Shown piece after piece: positions 23,911 through 32,313 of a stretch of DNA of 38,309 bases. The number at the start of each line of letters is the position of its first letter. Positions within the stretch are counted from its first letter, which is position 1. The notes under the pieces are model-generated. The model was not told the origin of the DNA, ran no database searches, and saw nothing but the letters and a program-made list of their open reading frames with translations. A program made the position numbers and the translations under genes. Source of the DNA: an uncultured Candidatus Saccharibacteria bacterium (lineage in GTDB: Bacteria > Patescibacteriota > Dojkabacteria > SC72); assembly GCA_964485665.1 (NCBI GenBank), contig CAZAJR010000031.1:1-38309 (forward strand), read 5' to 3'.

Positions 23911-25512
23911 TTATTTAACAACTTTATAGCAGTAAATTTCATCCCCTACCTGAGCGTCTACTTGGGTATCTAAAATTATTCCACAATCCATACCTTTGGT
24001 CGCTTCTGTTACATCATCCTTATTAATTCTAAGTGATTTTATCTTAGCTTCTTTTAGGATTTCATCATCTCTTACGATATATACTTTACAATCCCTTTTC
24101 ATTTTTCCTTCCTGTATTCTATTACCTAGTACAGCCTGACCATCTGATAGTGTAAATATAGCTTTTATTACTGCTTGACCTATCTCTTCTTCAGTCTCTT
24201 CTGGTATGGTGAGCATATTAAGAGCATCAGACATCTCTTCTACCAATTTATAGATGACATTGTACGTTCTGATCAAAACTCTCTCTTTTTTAGCTAAATC
24301 TTCAACACCCTTCTGTTTATCCACCTCAAAGCCTAAAATTATTGCACTAGCTATTTGGGCTCGTTCAACATCTTTTATTGATATGTCTCCTACACCAGCG
24401 TCTATAATGGTTAATTGAGCACCTTCGATATCTAATTTATTAAGAGCACCCTTTAATGCCTCCAAGGAGCCCTCTGAGGAACTTTTAAGAATTATCCTAA
24501 ACTCTTTAATGTCCTCATCTTCTTCGTCCTCATCAGTTTCAAAAAAGTCTGCTAATTCAGAATCTGTATTCGTATCTGTATCTGTTTCTTCTTTCTCTTC
24601 TATAACTTCTTCTTTAGTTTCTTCTGTCTTATCTTCCTGTTCGTCCTTTTCTGGTTTGGGAAGTAGTTTCTTATCATTTTCTTGTAGTACATATATATAT
24701 GATCCCAAATCTAAAAGATTGGACAGACCGATTATCTTTCCTCCACTACCAGCATCAAGGTTTTCTATATTTTCTCCTTCTTCAGAGACCAAAGCCTTTA
24801 CTTTTTCAATATGAGGTTCATTATCTATTAGATAGCCTATAAATTCTCCCTTAGAGAAAGTACCCTGTGTTACAACTACAGTTGAGACGTTTCCTCTTGA
24901 TTTCTCTTTAACAGACTCTAGAACTATAGCCCTAGCCAATATCTTCTCATCCAGTTTCTCTCTTTCCTGTAATCCTTCTACATCAATTATTAAATTGATC
25001 ATCTCTAAAAGTTCAGGTATTCCTTTTCCTGTTTTCCCTGAAACTTCTACACATGGAATATCTCCTCCCATATCTTCTACTTGTATATCTTCATTAGCCA
25101 ATTCTCTTTTTACTTTTTCTATATCTGTATCTGGCAAATCTATTTTGTTGATAACTACTAATGGTTTGGTTGTTGAATTTTTGATAATCTGTATTGATTC
25201 TCTAGTTTGAGGTTGAACACCATCGTTGGCTGCAACAACTAAAAGGGTAAAATCTGCGATATTTCCTCCTCTCAATCTCATTAGATCAAAAGCTTCATGA
25301 CCTGGAGTGTCTATAAAGGTGATTCTATCTTCGCTATCACAATTAGGGGTCACAGTAAAAACAGATATCTTTTGAGTAATACCACCTGCTTCGCATTCCT
25401 GTACATTTGCTTCTCTGATTCGATCAAGTATCGTTGTTTTACCATGATCAACATGACCTAGAATAGTGACTATCGGTACTCTTTTATTTTTCTTTTCTTT
25501 GTTTTTTGCCAT
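23911..25512 (-). CDS. infB: Translation initiation factor IF-2, minimal form beginning directly at the G domain
   Basis: 533 aa with VTILGHVDHGKTT, DTPGHEAF, NKID and SGKTG. C1 begins at FRIILKSSSEGSLEALKGAL and a C2 beta-barrel lies at the end. An acidic insert occupies aa 286-336. Confidence 0.9.
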   Translation of the reverse strand: MAKNKEKKNKRVPIVTILGHVDHGKTTILDRIREANVQECEAGGITQKISVFTVTPNCDSEDRITFIDTPGHEAFDLMRLRGGNIADFTLLVVAANDGVQPQTRESIQIIKNSTTKPLVVINKIDLPDTDIEKVKRELANEDIQVEDMGGDIPCVEVSGKTGKGIPELLEMINLIIDVEGLQEREKLDEKILARAIVLESVKEKSRGNVSTVVVTQGTFSKGEFIGYLIDNEPHIEKVKALVSEEGENIENLDAGSGGKIIGLSNLLDLGSYIYVLQENDKKLLPKPEKDEQEDKTEETKEEVIEEKEETDTDTNTDSELADFFETDEDEEDEDIKEFRIILKSSSEGSLEALKGALNKLDIEGAQLTIIDAGVGDISIKDVERAQIASAIILGFEVDKQKGVEDLAKKERVLIRTYNVIYKLVEEMSDALNMLTIPEETEEEIGQAVIKAIFTLSDGQAVLGNRIQEGKMKRDCKVYIVRDDEILKEAKIKSLRINKDDVTEATKGMDCGIILDTQVDAQVGDEIYCYKVVK

Positions 25513-25528
25513 TTTAATTATTTATATA

Positions 25529-26752
25529 TTACTCTTCCTTCTTCTCTTTTTCCTCTGCTTCTTCAGTCTCAACCTCTTCACTGTCATTTTCTTTCGTTTC
25601 TTCCTTATCATCAACCTCTCCTGTATCAACCTCTGTATCATCCAAAACTGGTTCTTGTGTCTCCTCTGCATATTCCTCAACTCCATCTCCCATTTCTGCT
25701 GCTGTTTCTCCTTCAGGACCTTCTATATCAATTTTCATACCAGTAAGTTTCCATGCTAATCTAACATTTTGTCCCTCTTTTCCTATCGCAAGTGATAACT
25801 GATCAGCATCTACCTCAACAGTTGCAACATCATCTTCAATTGTTACTTCATTAACCTTCGCAGGACTTAGTGCGTTTGCAACAAACTCTTCTGGTTCTTC
25901 GTCCCATTCTATAATGTCTATTTTCTCCTCTCCTAATTCATTCATTATATTTGCAATTCTAATACCTTTTTGACCTACACAAGATCCTATTGGATCTACA
26001 CCATCCTGATTAGATACTACTGCTATTTTACTTCTCATACCTGCTTCTCTAGCAACAGCTTTAATCTCTACAACTCCCGATTCTATCTCTGGTACTTCCA
26101 ACTTAAAAAGTTCTACAAGAAATTCTGGGTCTGCTCTAGAAACAATAATTTGACCATCATCAATATCTTTAAGCAAAACTTTATATCTCTGACCTACTTT
26201 ATAGAATTCATTACCTATTTGCTCCTCTTGAGGCATAATTGCAGTAGCTTTACCTATCTCAAATACTACTTCTCCTCTCTTCATTCTTTGCATTAAAGCA
26301 GTAAAGACCTCTCCAATCTGATCACTGTATTCCTCCAATATTGCATCTTTCTCAAATTCACTCATTTTCTGTAAAACTACCTGTTTTGCAGCCTGTGCAG
26401 CAATTCTTCCTAATTCCTCCGAGGGTATCTCTATTTGGACAGTATCTCCTATTTCAACGTTAGGAGAAATCAACTCTGCTTCTGATAAAGCAATTTGATT
26501 CTCTTCATCTTCTACCTCTTCTACAACTTCCTTATTTGCAAAAAGCTTAAATTCTCCTGTATCTCTATCAACCTCTGCTGACAAATTCTCACCCATTTTG
26601 TTTCCTTCTTCATCTCTTGTAGTTCCAAATTTTTCTTTTCTGTAAGCAGTAAGAATAGCTTCTTCTAAAGCCTCAAAAACTTTCTCTTTGTCAAAACCTC
26701 TTTCAGCTGCAATTTGTGTAACTGCAGATAGAAAATCTGATGTCATTGCCAT
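25529..26752 (-). CDS. nusA: Transcription termination/antitermination factor NusA with an acidic C-terminal tail
   Basis: 407 aa with an N-terminal domain, S1, and two KH domains (DPIGSCVGQKGIRIANI; LSLAIGKEGQNVRLAWKLTG). It sits in the conserved position upstream of infB. Confidence 0.9.
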   Translation of the reverse strand: MAMTSDFLSAVTQIAAERGFDKEKVFEALEEAILTAYRKEKFGTTRDEEGNKMGENLSAEVDRDTGEFKLFANKEVVEEVEDEENQIALSEAELISPNVEIGDTVQIEIPSEELGRIAAQAAKQVVLQKMSEFEKDAILEEYSDQIGEVFTALMQRMKRGEVVFEIGKATAIMPQEEQIGNEFYKVGQRYKVLLKDIDDGQIIVSRADPEFLVELFKLEVPEIESGVVEIKAVAREAGMRSKIAVVSNQDGVDPIGSCVGQKGIRIANIMNELGEEKIDIIEWDEEPEEFVANALSPAKVNEVTIEDDVATVEVDADQLSLAIGKEGQNVRLAWKLTGMKIDIEGPEGETAAEMGDGVEEYAEETQEPVLDDTEVDTGEVDDKEETKENDSEEVETEEAEEKEKKEE

Positions 26753-26790
26753 GTTTTTGTGTTGTTAAAGTAAAATAGTTTTAAATATCG

Positions 26791-26820
26791 AAAAAAAAGG
26801 TGGGATATTTAATCCTCACC
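26791..26820 (-). terminator. Rho-independent terminator downstream of dnaJ
   Basis: The minus-strand RNA reads GGTGAGGA-TTAAATA-TCCCACC followed by TTTTTTTT. This is a 7-bp GC-rich stem with one bulged A, a 7-nt loop and a U8 tract. It starts 58 nt after the dnaJ stop. Confidence 0.7.
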
Positions 26821-26877
26821 TCTTTCCATATAACTTTCGCTATTAGTATATCAGATAGATACTGTCAAGGCAAATAT

Positions 26878-27984
26878 TCAAGACATATTTTCAAGCTCTT
26901 CCCAAAGCTTTTTTTCTCTTCTAGATAACCTCTTAGGAACATCTAAATTAACCTTAACGTATAGATCACCCTTTTCATCCTCCTCTCCTAATACTGGCAT
27001 ACCCTTATCACGTATCCTAAAGATAGATCCCCCCTCTGTTGACTTAGGTATTTTCAGTGTTACTTCTCCATATGGAGTCTTAACCTCTGTCTCTCCACCA
27101 AGTACTGCCATATGTATAGGGATATCCTCTTCTGAGTATATATCGTTTCCTCTTCTCTCAAATTCTTCTGAAGGCTCTACCTCAACTTCAATATATAGAT
27201 CACCAGGAGGAGTCCCCTTAGGACCTACATTACCACCACCCTTAAATCTAAGAATCATACCATCATATGCCCCTGCAGGTACTTTAATTTTTTCTTCTCT
27301 TCTTTCTGTTTGGGTACCCAAACCTCCACACTCAGAACATTTCTCCTCTGGTACTTCACCAGTCCCCTCACACTCTTCACACACAGAATTTACTGCTATA
27401 GAACCCAATATTGTACGCTGAGTCTTTTGTATTCTTCCCGAACCCCCACAACTAGGACAAACTTTCATTTTGCCAGTTTCACTACCCGTTCCATCACAAT
27501 TAGGACACGGAACATCCCTTTCAATATTTAATTCAAACTCTCCACCTTCTACAGCCTCTTGAAACCCCAACTTTATCTTATACCTTACATCGGACCCTTT
27601 TACAGCACCCCGTCTACCCGTATTATCCCTAAAACCAAATCCAAAATCAGATGCATTTCCTCCAAAAAAAGTATTAAATATATCACCCATATCAAACGGA
27701 GATCCTTGATTAAAACCAGAAAAATCGTAACCGCTCTGTCCACCAAATCCGGCAGTTCCCGCATGGCCGTATTGATCGTAAGCCTTTCTTTTTGATTCAT
27801 CGGAAAGAATCTCGTACGCTTCCTGAATTTCCTTGAATTTCTGCTCAGCATCCTCTGCATCATTTACATCCGGATGATATTTTTTTACAAGTTTTCTATA
27901 TGCTTTTTTAATTTCCTCTTGGCTAGCTCCCTTATCTACACCAAGAATTTCATAGTAATCTCTTTTTTCATTCATACGACTCAT
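26878..27984 (-). CDS. dnaJ: Molecular chaperone DnaJ (type I)
   Basis: 368 aa with a J domain ([14 protein letters not shown]), a G/F-rich region and four CxxCxGxG zinc-finger repeats ([32 protein letters not shown]). It is the only gene in the window ending in TGA. Confidence 0.93.
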   Translation of the reverse strand: MSRMNEKRDYYEILGVDKGASQEEIKKAYRKLVKKYHPDVNDAEDAEQKFKEIQEAYEILSDESKRKAYDQYGHAGTAGFGGQSGYDFSGFNQGSPFDMGDIFNTFFGGNASDFGFGFRDNTGRRGAVKGSDVRYKIKLGFQEAVEGGEFELNIERDVPCPNCDGTGSETGKMKVCPSCGGSGRIQKTQRTILGSIAVNSVCEECEGTGEVPEEKCSECGGLGTQTERREEKIKVPAGAYDGMILRFKGGGNVGPKGTPPGDLYIEVEVEPSEEFERRGNDIYSEEDIPIHMAVLGGETEVKTPYGEVTLKIPKSTEGGSIFRIRDKGMPVLGEEDEKGDLYVKVNLDVPKRLSRREKKLWEELENMS

Positions 27985-28046
27985 ATTTTAGCAGAAGGTT
28001 ATATATATTGCCAAACTTTAAGTTGTGGTCAACAAACTTTTATTCA

Positions 28047-28055
28047 TGTTATCAT
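28047..28055 (+). promoter_or_regulatory. Extended -10 element TGTTATCAT, 7 nt upstream of the sortase ATG (leaderless layout)
   Basis: TG at 28047-28048 and TATCAT at 28050-28055; ATG at 28063. Confidence 0.4.
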
Positions 28056-28062
28056 ACTTATC

Positions 28063-28857
28063 ATGCCTAACAAATGGAATATTTCTCAAGAAGAAACAAA
28101 AAAAGTAAAGAGAACTAAGATTATTATCTCTATTACACTATCGGTAGTGGGAGTACTGATAATCCTATCTCAAGCTATACCTCTTACTAATTCTTACATA
28201 GATGGTTTAATTGAACAAGCTAAAGTAAGACTTATGAAAAATCCCGTACCCAATTCTTACAGAACATATATTGAAGAAGAGTTTGCCTATTATGACCCCA
28301 GCAAAAGCTATTTTGAGAATCTTGAGAAGAGTATTAAAGGTTTAAGTGTTAAAGGCAGTTTTACATATGACCCAACCACTAACTCTAGTAAAGAAATTGT
28401 AATCGATACGGAGTATGAAAAGGATATGTATGTAAAGATAGGAAGTGTAGGAATAGAAGATATTGTAGTAATACCAAATGTAGAAAGCAGCCAAGAAGAG
28501 GTCTACGATCAATACCTAAAAAGAGGAGTTGCCCACTTCAAAGGAACTCCGCTACCCGGAGATGGAGGCAACTCCTTTATATACGGTCATAGCTCAGTAG
28601 AGAGCTTCTTTTCTAGACACCAGAATTTACCAGAAACAATATTTACAAAATTAGAAAATATCGATATTGGAGATGATGTGTATATAACTAAGGACAATCA
28701 AGAGTTACACTATGTGGTAAGAAAGAAAAAGATAGTTGAGTCAACCGATTTTTCTATACTTGATACCCAAGGAAACAAAGAAACCCTGACCCTTATGACC
28801 TGTTGGCCATTGGGGATTGGTACAAAAAGATTAGTAGTAGTGGCAGAAAGATATTAG
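28063..28857 (+). CDS. Sortase-family transpeptidase
   Basis: I take the start at ATG 28063 (MPNKWN..), because the track ORF start at 27874 overlaps dnaJ. TM IIISITLSVVGVLIILS, catalytic His context NSFIYGHSS, TLxTC motif TLMTCWP, and a downstream Arg (KRLVVVAERY). Confidence 0.8.
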   Translation: MPNKWNISQEETKKVKRTKIIISITLSVVGVLIILSQAIPLTNSYIDGLIEQAKVRLMKNPVPNSYRTYIEEEFAYYDPSKSYFENLEKSIKGLSVKGSFTYDPTTNSSKEIVIDTEYEKDMYVKIGSVGIEDIVVIPNVESSQEEVYDQYLKRGVAHFKGTPLPGDGGNSFIYGHSSVESFFSRHQNLPETIFTKLENIDIGDDVYITKDNQELHYVVRKKKIVESTDFSILDTQGNKETLTLMTCWPLGIGTKRLVVVAERY

Positions 28858-28874
28858 TTTATGTACAATGTAAT

Positions 28875-30218
28875 ATGAACTCTAAACAGAAGAAATTGGT
28901 AATGATTCTGGGCTCCATACTTGTGGTGTTGATAATTACATTGGTTGTAATTGTTTTAGTTAATAGAAATTCGCAAGATAACAAACAGAACAGTAATGAA
29001 AACACCGGAGAAGCCGCAGAACAAATAGAACTGTCTTACTGGGGATTATGGGAACCTGCAAGTGTAATGGATCCCATCATTGCTCAATACGAAGATCAGC
29101 ACCCTAACGTAAACATCCTCTATACTCAGTACGCATTTACAAACTATGAAAACATTTCCTACACAAGACTAAAACAAGCAGCAACCTCTACAGAACCTGT
29201 TGCAGATATTTTGAGGATTAATAACACATGGACACCTAAATACTACAACTATCTATCTCCACTACCTGACTCTGTTATGACAGCAGATACTTACTCAGAA
29301 ACTTTCTACCCTACTGCACTACAAGATTTCACTGCTAAAGATGGAAATATATATGCAATGCCTTGGGAAATAGATGGGTTAGCAGTATTTTATAACAAAC
29401 AACTGTTAAGCTCTGCAGGTTACGACTCCCCTCCGCTAGATTGGGACTCCTTTATAGAACTTGCTGAGCAATTAACAACTAAAAATAGCTCTGGACAAAT
29501 TGTTACGTCGGGTCTCGCAATTGGAACTGCTAAAAATATTAACCATTCCGCAGATATCCTTTCATACTTAATGTTACTCAACGGAGCAGAATTAATGGAC
29601 TCAACCTATACAACAACAAATTTAACTAGTAGTGAGGTCCTCTCTGCCGTAAATACATATACTCAATTCTCTCAAGGCGAAAACACATTGTGGACAACAG
29701 ATTTAAGAAACGATTTAGAAATGTTCTATGCTGGCAAACTAGCTATGATGTTTGCTCCGAGCTGGAGAGCTTTCGATATTATTGAAGCAGCCCCAAGTAT
29801 TGAATTTGGTATAGCATCTACCCCACAACTTACAAACAATGAACCAGTATACTACTCTATGTACTGGGGAGATGCTGTCAGTGCCACATGCGAACATCCT
29901 GAGGTTGCTTGGGACTTTATTAAATATCTAGTAGATCACCAAGAGGAAATATTTTCAGCATCATCACAGATAAGAGCTTTTGGAGAACCATATTCCTTAG
30001 TCTCTCTTAACAACAAACTAGAGAATTCATCATATCTAAGTGCATATGCAACCATGGCTCCTAATATGAAATCTTGGGGTATGGGAGATCAATCTTTTGT
30101 AGAACAAACTTTAAATACTGCAATTATGGAAATAGTGCAAGATAGCAGGAATACAAATAGCGCTATGGAAAATGCTCAGCAAGATATTAATGACCAGCTT
30201 GCACAAACTAATAAGTAA
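28875..30218 (+). CDS. Extracellular solute-binding protein (ABC family 1, sugar-type), TM-anchored, with no adjacent permease or ATPase genes
   Basis: I take the start at ATG 28875 (MNSKQKKLVMILGSILVVLIITLVVIVLV). There is no lipobox Cys. Family-typical stretches are LSYWGLWEP, YAMPWEIDGLAVFYNKQLL and KLAMMFAPSW. Confidence 0.65.
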   Translation: MNSKQKKLVMILGSILVVLIITLVVIVLVNRNSQDNKQNSNENTGEAAEQIELSYWGLWEPASVMDPIIAQYEDQHPNVNILYTQYAFTNYENISYTRLKQAATSTEPVADILRINNTWTPKYYNYLSPLPDSVMTADTYSETFYPTALQDFTAKDGNIYAMPWEIDGLAVFYNKQLLSSAGYDSPPLDWDSFIELAEQLTTKNSSGQIVTSGLAIGTAKNINHSADILSYLMLLNGAELMDSTYTTTNLTSSEVLSAVNTYTQFSQGENTLWTTDLRNDLEMFYAGKLAMMFAPSWRAFDIIEAAPSIEFGIASTPQLTNNEPVYYSMYWGDAVSATCEHPEVAWDFIKYLVDHQEEIFSASSQIRAFGEPYSLVSLNNKLENSSYLSAYATMAPNMKSWGMGDQSFVEQTLNTAIMEIVQDSRNTNSAMENAQQDINDQLAQTNK

Positions 30219-30233
30219 CATTAATATATAGTA

Positions 30234-32291
30234 ATGAAAACTAAAAAATCACCACAATCTGCCAAAAAGAATTTTCTAATTCTTTCTCTCTTCTTAGTAC
30301 TCTGCCTACCCCTGATGATATGGCAAATTGTCTCTGATGAAAGTTTCGATTTAAGAAATTTAGCCTTTGAAGAAGTCGAGGTTAGTAAAGAAAATCCCTG
30401 CGTCATATCATTTCCAAATGTCAATCCATATACTTTAGAGGTTGGCAAAACTGTAAGAATGCAGGTAGAAGGTATAGCTCAAGGATCTGGTATAACTTCT
30501 GTGTTAATAACTGATTCAACTGGAGAAGAGCTTTTTACAAGAGATTATAATACCCCCGAGGATGAAATAGCAGAGACTTTTGAATTTACTCCTAATCAAT
30601 CAAAGGAATATGACCTAATTGGAACTCTTTCGGAAGGAACGTATGAAAGTGCTTGTGTAATTAGCAGTCCATATGATGTTAAAGGTATTAAAGCTATAGA
30701 AAACAACAACGCACCAGAGTTTACATCGCTGCCCACAGATTCTGATCCTTCACAAGATATAGACACAGGAGTAAATTATCAATATACATTAACCGCTTCT
30801 GATCCCGAGGGTGATTTTATAAACTACATTTTCTCATTTACTCCTAACAATCAGTGGTTAAAATACACTGTAATAAATGATGGTAGTAATGGAGATCTAA
30901 AAATTCAATTCAAGGGAAGTACCTCAGAGCCCGCCAGTTATCTTGCCAACGTATTTATACACGATGGTTACAGCAAACATCTAAGATCTCAATCATGGAT
31001 CATAAGTGTCAATCCTGCTGAAAATGATATCCCTCGTGTCACTATACTCTCCCCGTGGGAGGCTCTAACATTAACTCAAGGAGAACCTTTAACAATTAAA
31101 TGGGGCGCCTCTGATAGAAATGCAATTACTCATTACGAACTTTACTTAGCACAAAGCTTACAAAACGAAGAAGGATGGCATCCTGTTGATAAAGAAATTG
31201 CTTACAATGTTGAAGAATACACTGTTGATACAAAGGATATTTCTGCAGGAACCTATAAAGCCGTAATTAAAGCCCCAGATAATCAAGACCCTCCATTAGT
31301 AGGAAAAGGTGTTTCTGCACTCATAGAAATATTAGGAGAAGAGTTTGATATGCCCGATGATAGCGTACAACTTCCTGACCCACAGATAATTAATGTGTCT
31401 CCAACAAGTAAAGATGAGATAACTAATCAATTGGTTACAATTAGAGCATCTCTTTTAGCGAGTACTAATGCCCAAATAGACGAAGATAGTATTAAGATAA
31501 AGGTTGATAGTAAAGATGTAACATCTTTGGTCAAATTTAATAAAATATCTGAATCAGAATATACACTAATATACCAAAGTGAGAAGGAATATGAATCAGG
31601 TTTACATAAAGTGGAGATATCTTTCTCTGACAGCAACAATCTAGAAGCCCAAAAGAGTTGGACTTTTAATATTTTTACTGACGAAAAAGATCCCAATAAA
31701 TTCTACATATTTGGCTACGGAATAAGTAAGACCATAGTTTACGTAGTAGCTGGAGGATTGCTTTTAATTCTCCTTGCATTAATTGTTCCACTAATTCTCG
31801 TACGAATATGGAAGGAAGATAAAGAAACTGTTGAGGAAGATGATACTCTATCTCCCCCTACACCAACAGATACAGTTTCAAAAATGGTAAACGAGCCTCC
31901 TCCAACCGATCAAGTTTCAGATGTTGTAGAGTCTACTGATACTACATTTTCTAAATTAGAAAATCCTCCTACAACAACTGAGCCAACAGCACCTGAAATC
32001 CCCGACTCTGTACCTAAAGAAAAGGCAGGAGGAGAAATCAAGAAGAAGATAATAGAAGCTAAACAGAAAAAAGAACAACAAACAGTGCACAATCAAAACG
32101 AAACCAGTAGTGATGATACTTTCCCCACCACTACGGTTGAGAAGAACGAGATTCCAGAACCAGCAGATATTCCTGACCCGGATGAGGATTTGAAGTTACT
32201 CTATGAGAAAATAAATAACCAAAAAGAAGATGATATAGAGAATGAGGAGAAAGAGAAAGATAAAAATAGTGATACAAAGTCAACGGAATAG
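30234..32291 (+). CDS. Type I membrane surface protein with Ig-like/cadherin-like (He_PIG-type) domains and a long Pro/Thr/Glu/Lys-rich tail after the TM helix
   Basis: 685 aa with N-terminal signal/anchor FLILSLFLVLCLPLMIW. NNAPEFTSLPTDSDPSQDIDTGVNYQYTLTASDPEGDFINY resembles the 'putative Ig' cadherin-like repeat. TM IVYVVAGGLLLILLALIVPLILV (nt ~31735-31803) is followed by a low-complexity tail of about 160 aa. Confidence 0.6.
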   Translation: MKTKKSPQSAKKNFLILSLFLVLCLPLMIWQIVSDESFDLRNLAFEEVEVSKENPCVISFPNVNPYTLEVGKTVRMQVEGIAQGSGITSVLITDSTGEELFTRDYNTPEDEIAETFEFTPNQSKEYDLIGTLSEGTYESACVISSPYDVKGIKAIENNNAPEFTSLPTDSDPSQDIDTGVNYQYTLTASDPEGDFINYIFSFTPNNQWLKYTVINDGSNGDLKIQFKGSTSEPASYLANVFIHDGYSKHLRSQSWIISVNPAENDIPRVTILSPWEALTLTQGEPLTIKWGASDRNAITHYELYLAQSLQNEEGWHPVDKEIAYNVEEYTVDTKDISAGTYKAVIKAPDNQDPPLVGKGVSALIEILGEEFDMPDDSVQLPDPQIINVSPTSKDEITNQLVTIRASLLASTNAQIDEDSIKIKVDSKDVTSLVKFNKISESEYTLIYQSEKEYESGLHKVEISFSDSNNLEAQKSWTFNIFTDEKDPNKFYIFGYGISKTIVYVVAGGLLLILLALIVPLILVRIWKEDKETVEEDDTLSPPTPTDTVSKMVNEPPPTDQVSDVVESTDTTFSKLENPPTTTEPTAPEIPDSVPKEKAGGEIKKKIIEAKQKKEQQTVHNQNETSSDDTFPTTTVEKNEIPEPADIPDPDEDLKLLYEKINNQKEDDIENEEKEKDKNSDTKSTE

Positions 32292-32296
32292 TTTTT

Positions 32297-32305
32297 TGAT
32301 ATAAT
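32297..32305 (+). promoter_or_regulatory. Extended -10 element TGATATAAT, 8 nt upstream of the alaS ATG (leaderless layout)
   Basis: Exact TGATATAAT at 32297-32305; ATG at 32314. The -35 is weak (AAGTCA). Confidence 0.45.
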
Positions 32306-32313
32306 CAGTAGAT

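Noticed and set aside
26863-26868. TTGACA hexamer (minus strand) as a nusA promoter -35.
   Set aside because: The best -10 at 17-nt spacing is TAATAG, which is a poor match. The element also lies upstream of the strong dnaJ terminator, so transcripts from it would be terminated before nusA.
27985-28046. dnaJ promoter built on TTGACC (minus strand) in the dnaJ-sortase intergenic region.
   Set aside because: No acceptable -10 hexamer occurs at 16-18 nt spacing (AATATA, ATATAT). The TAAAAT next to the ATG is too close to serve this start. I left it uncalled.
28590-28598. tRNA-like D-arm string TAGCTCAGT.
   Set aside because: It lies inside the sortase coding frame (..GHSSVESF..), which contains the catalytic His context. 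There is no matching acceptor stem or T-loop (GGTTCGAATCC-type) nearby.
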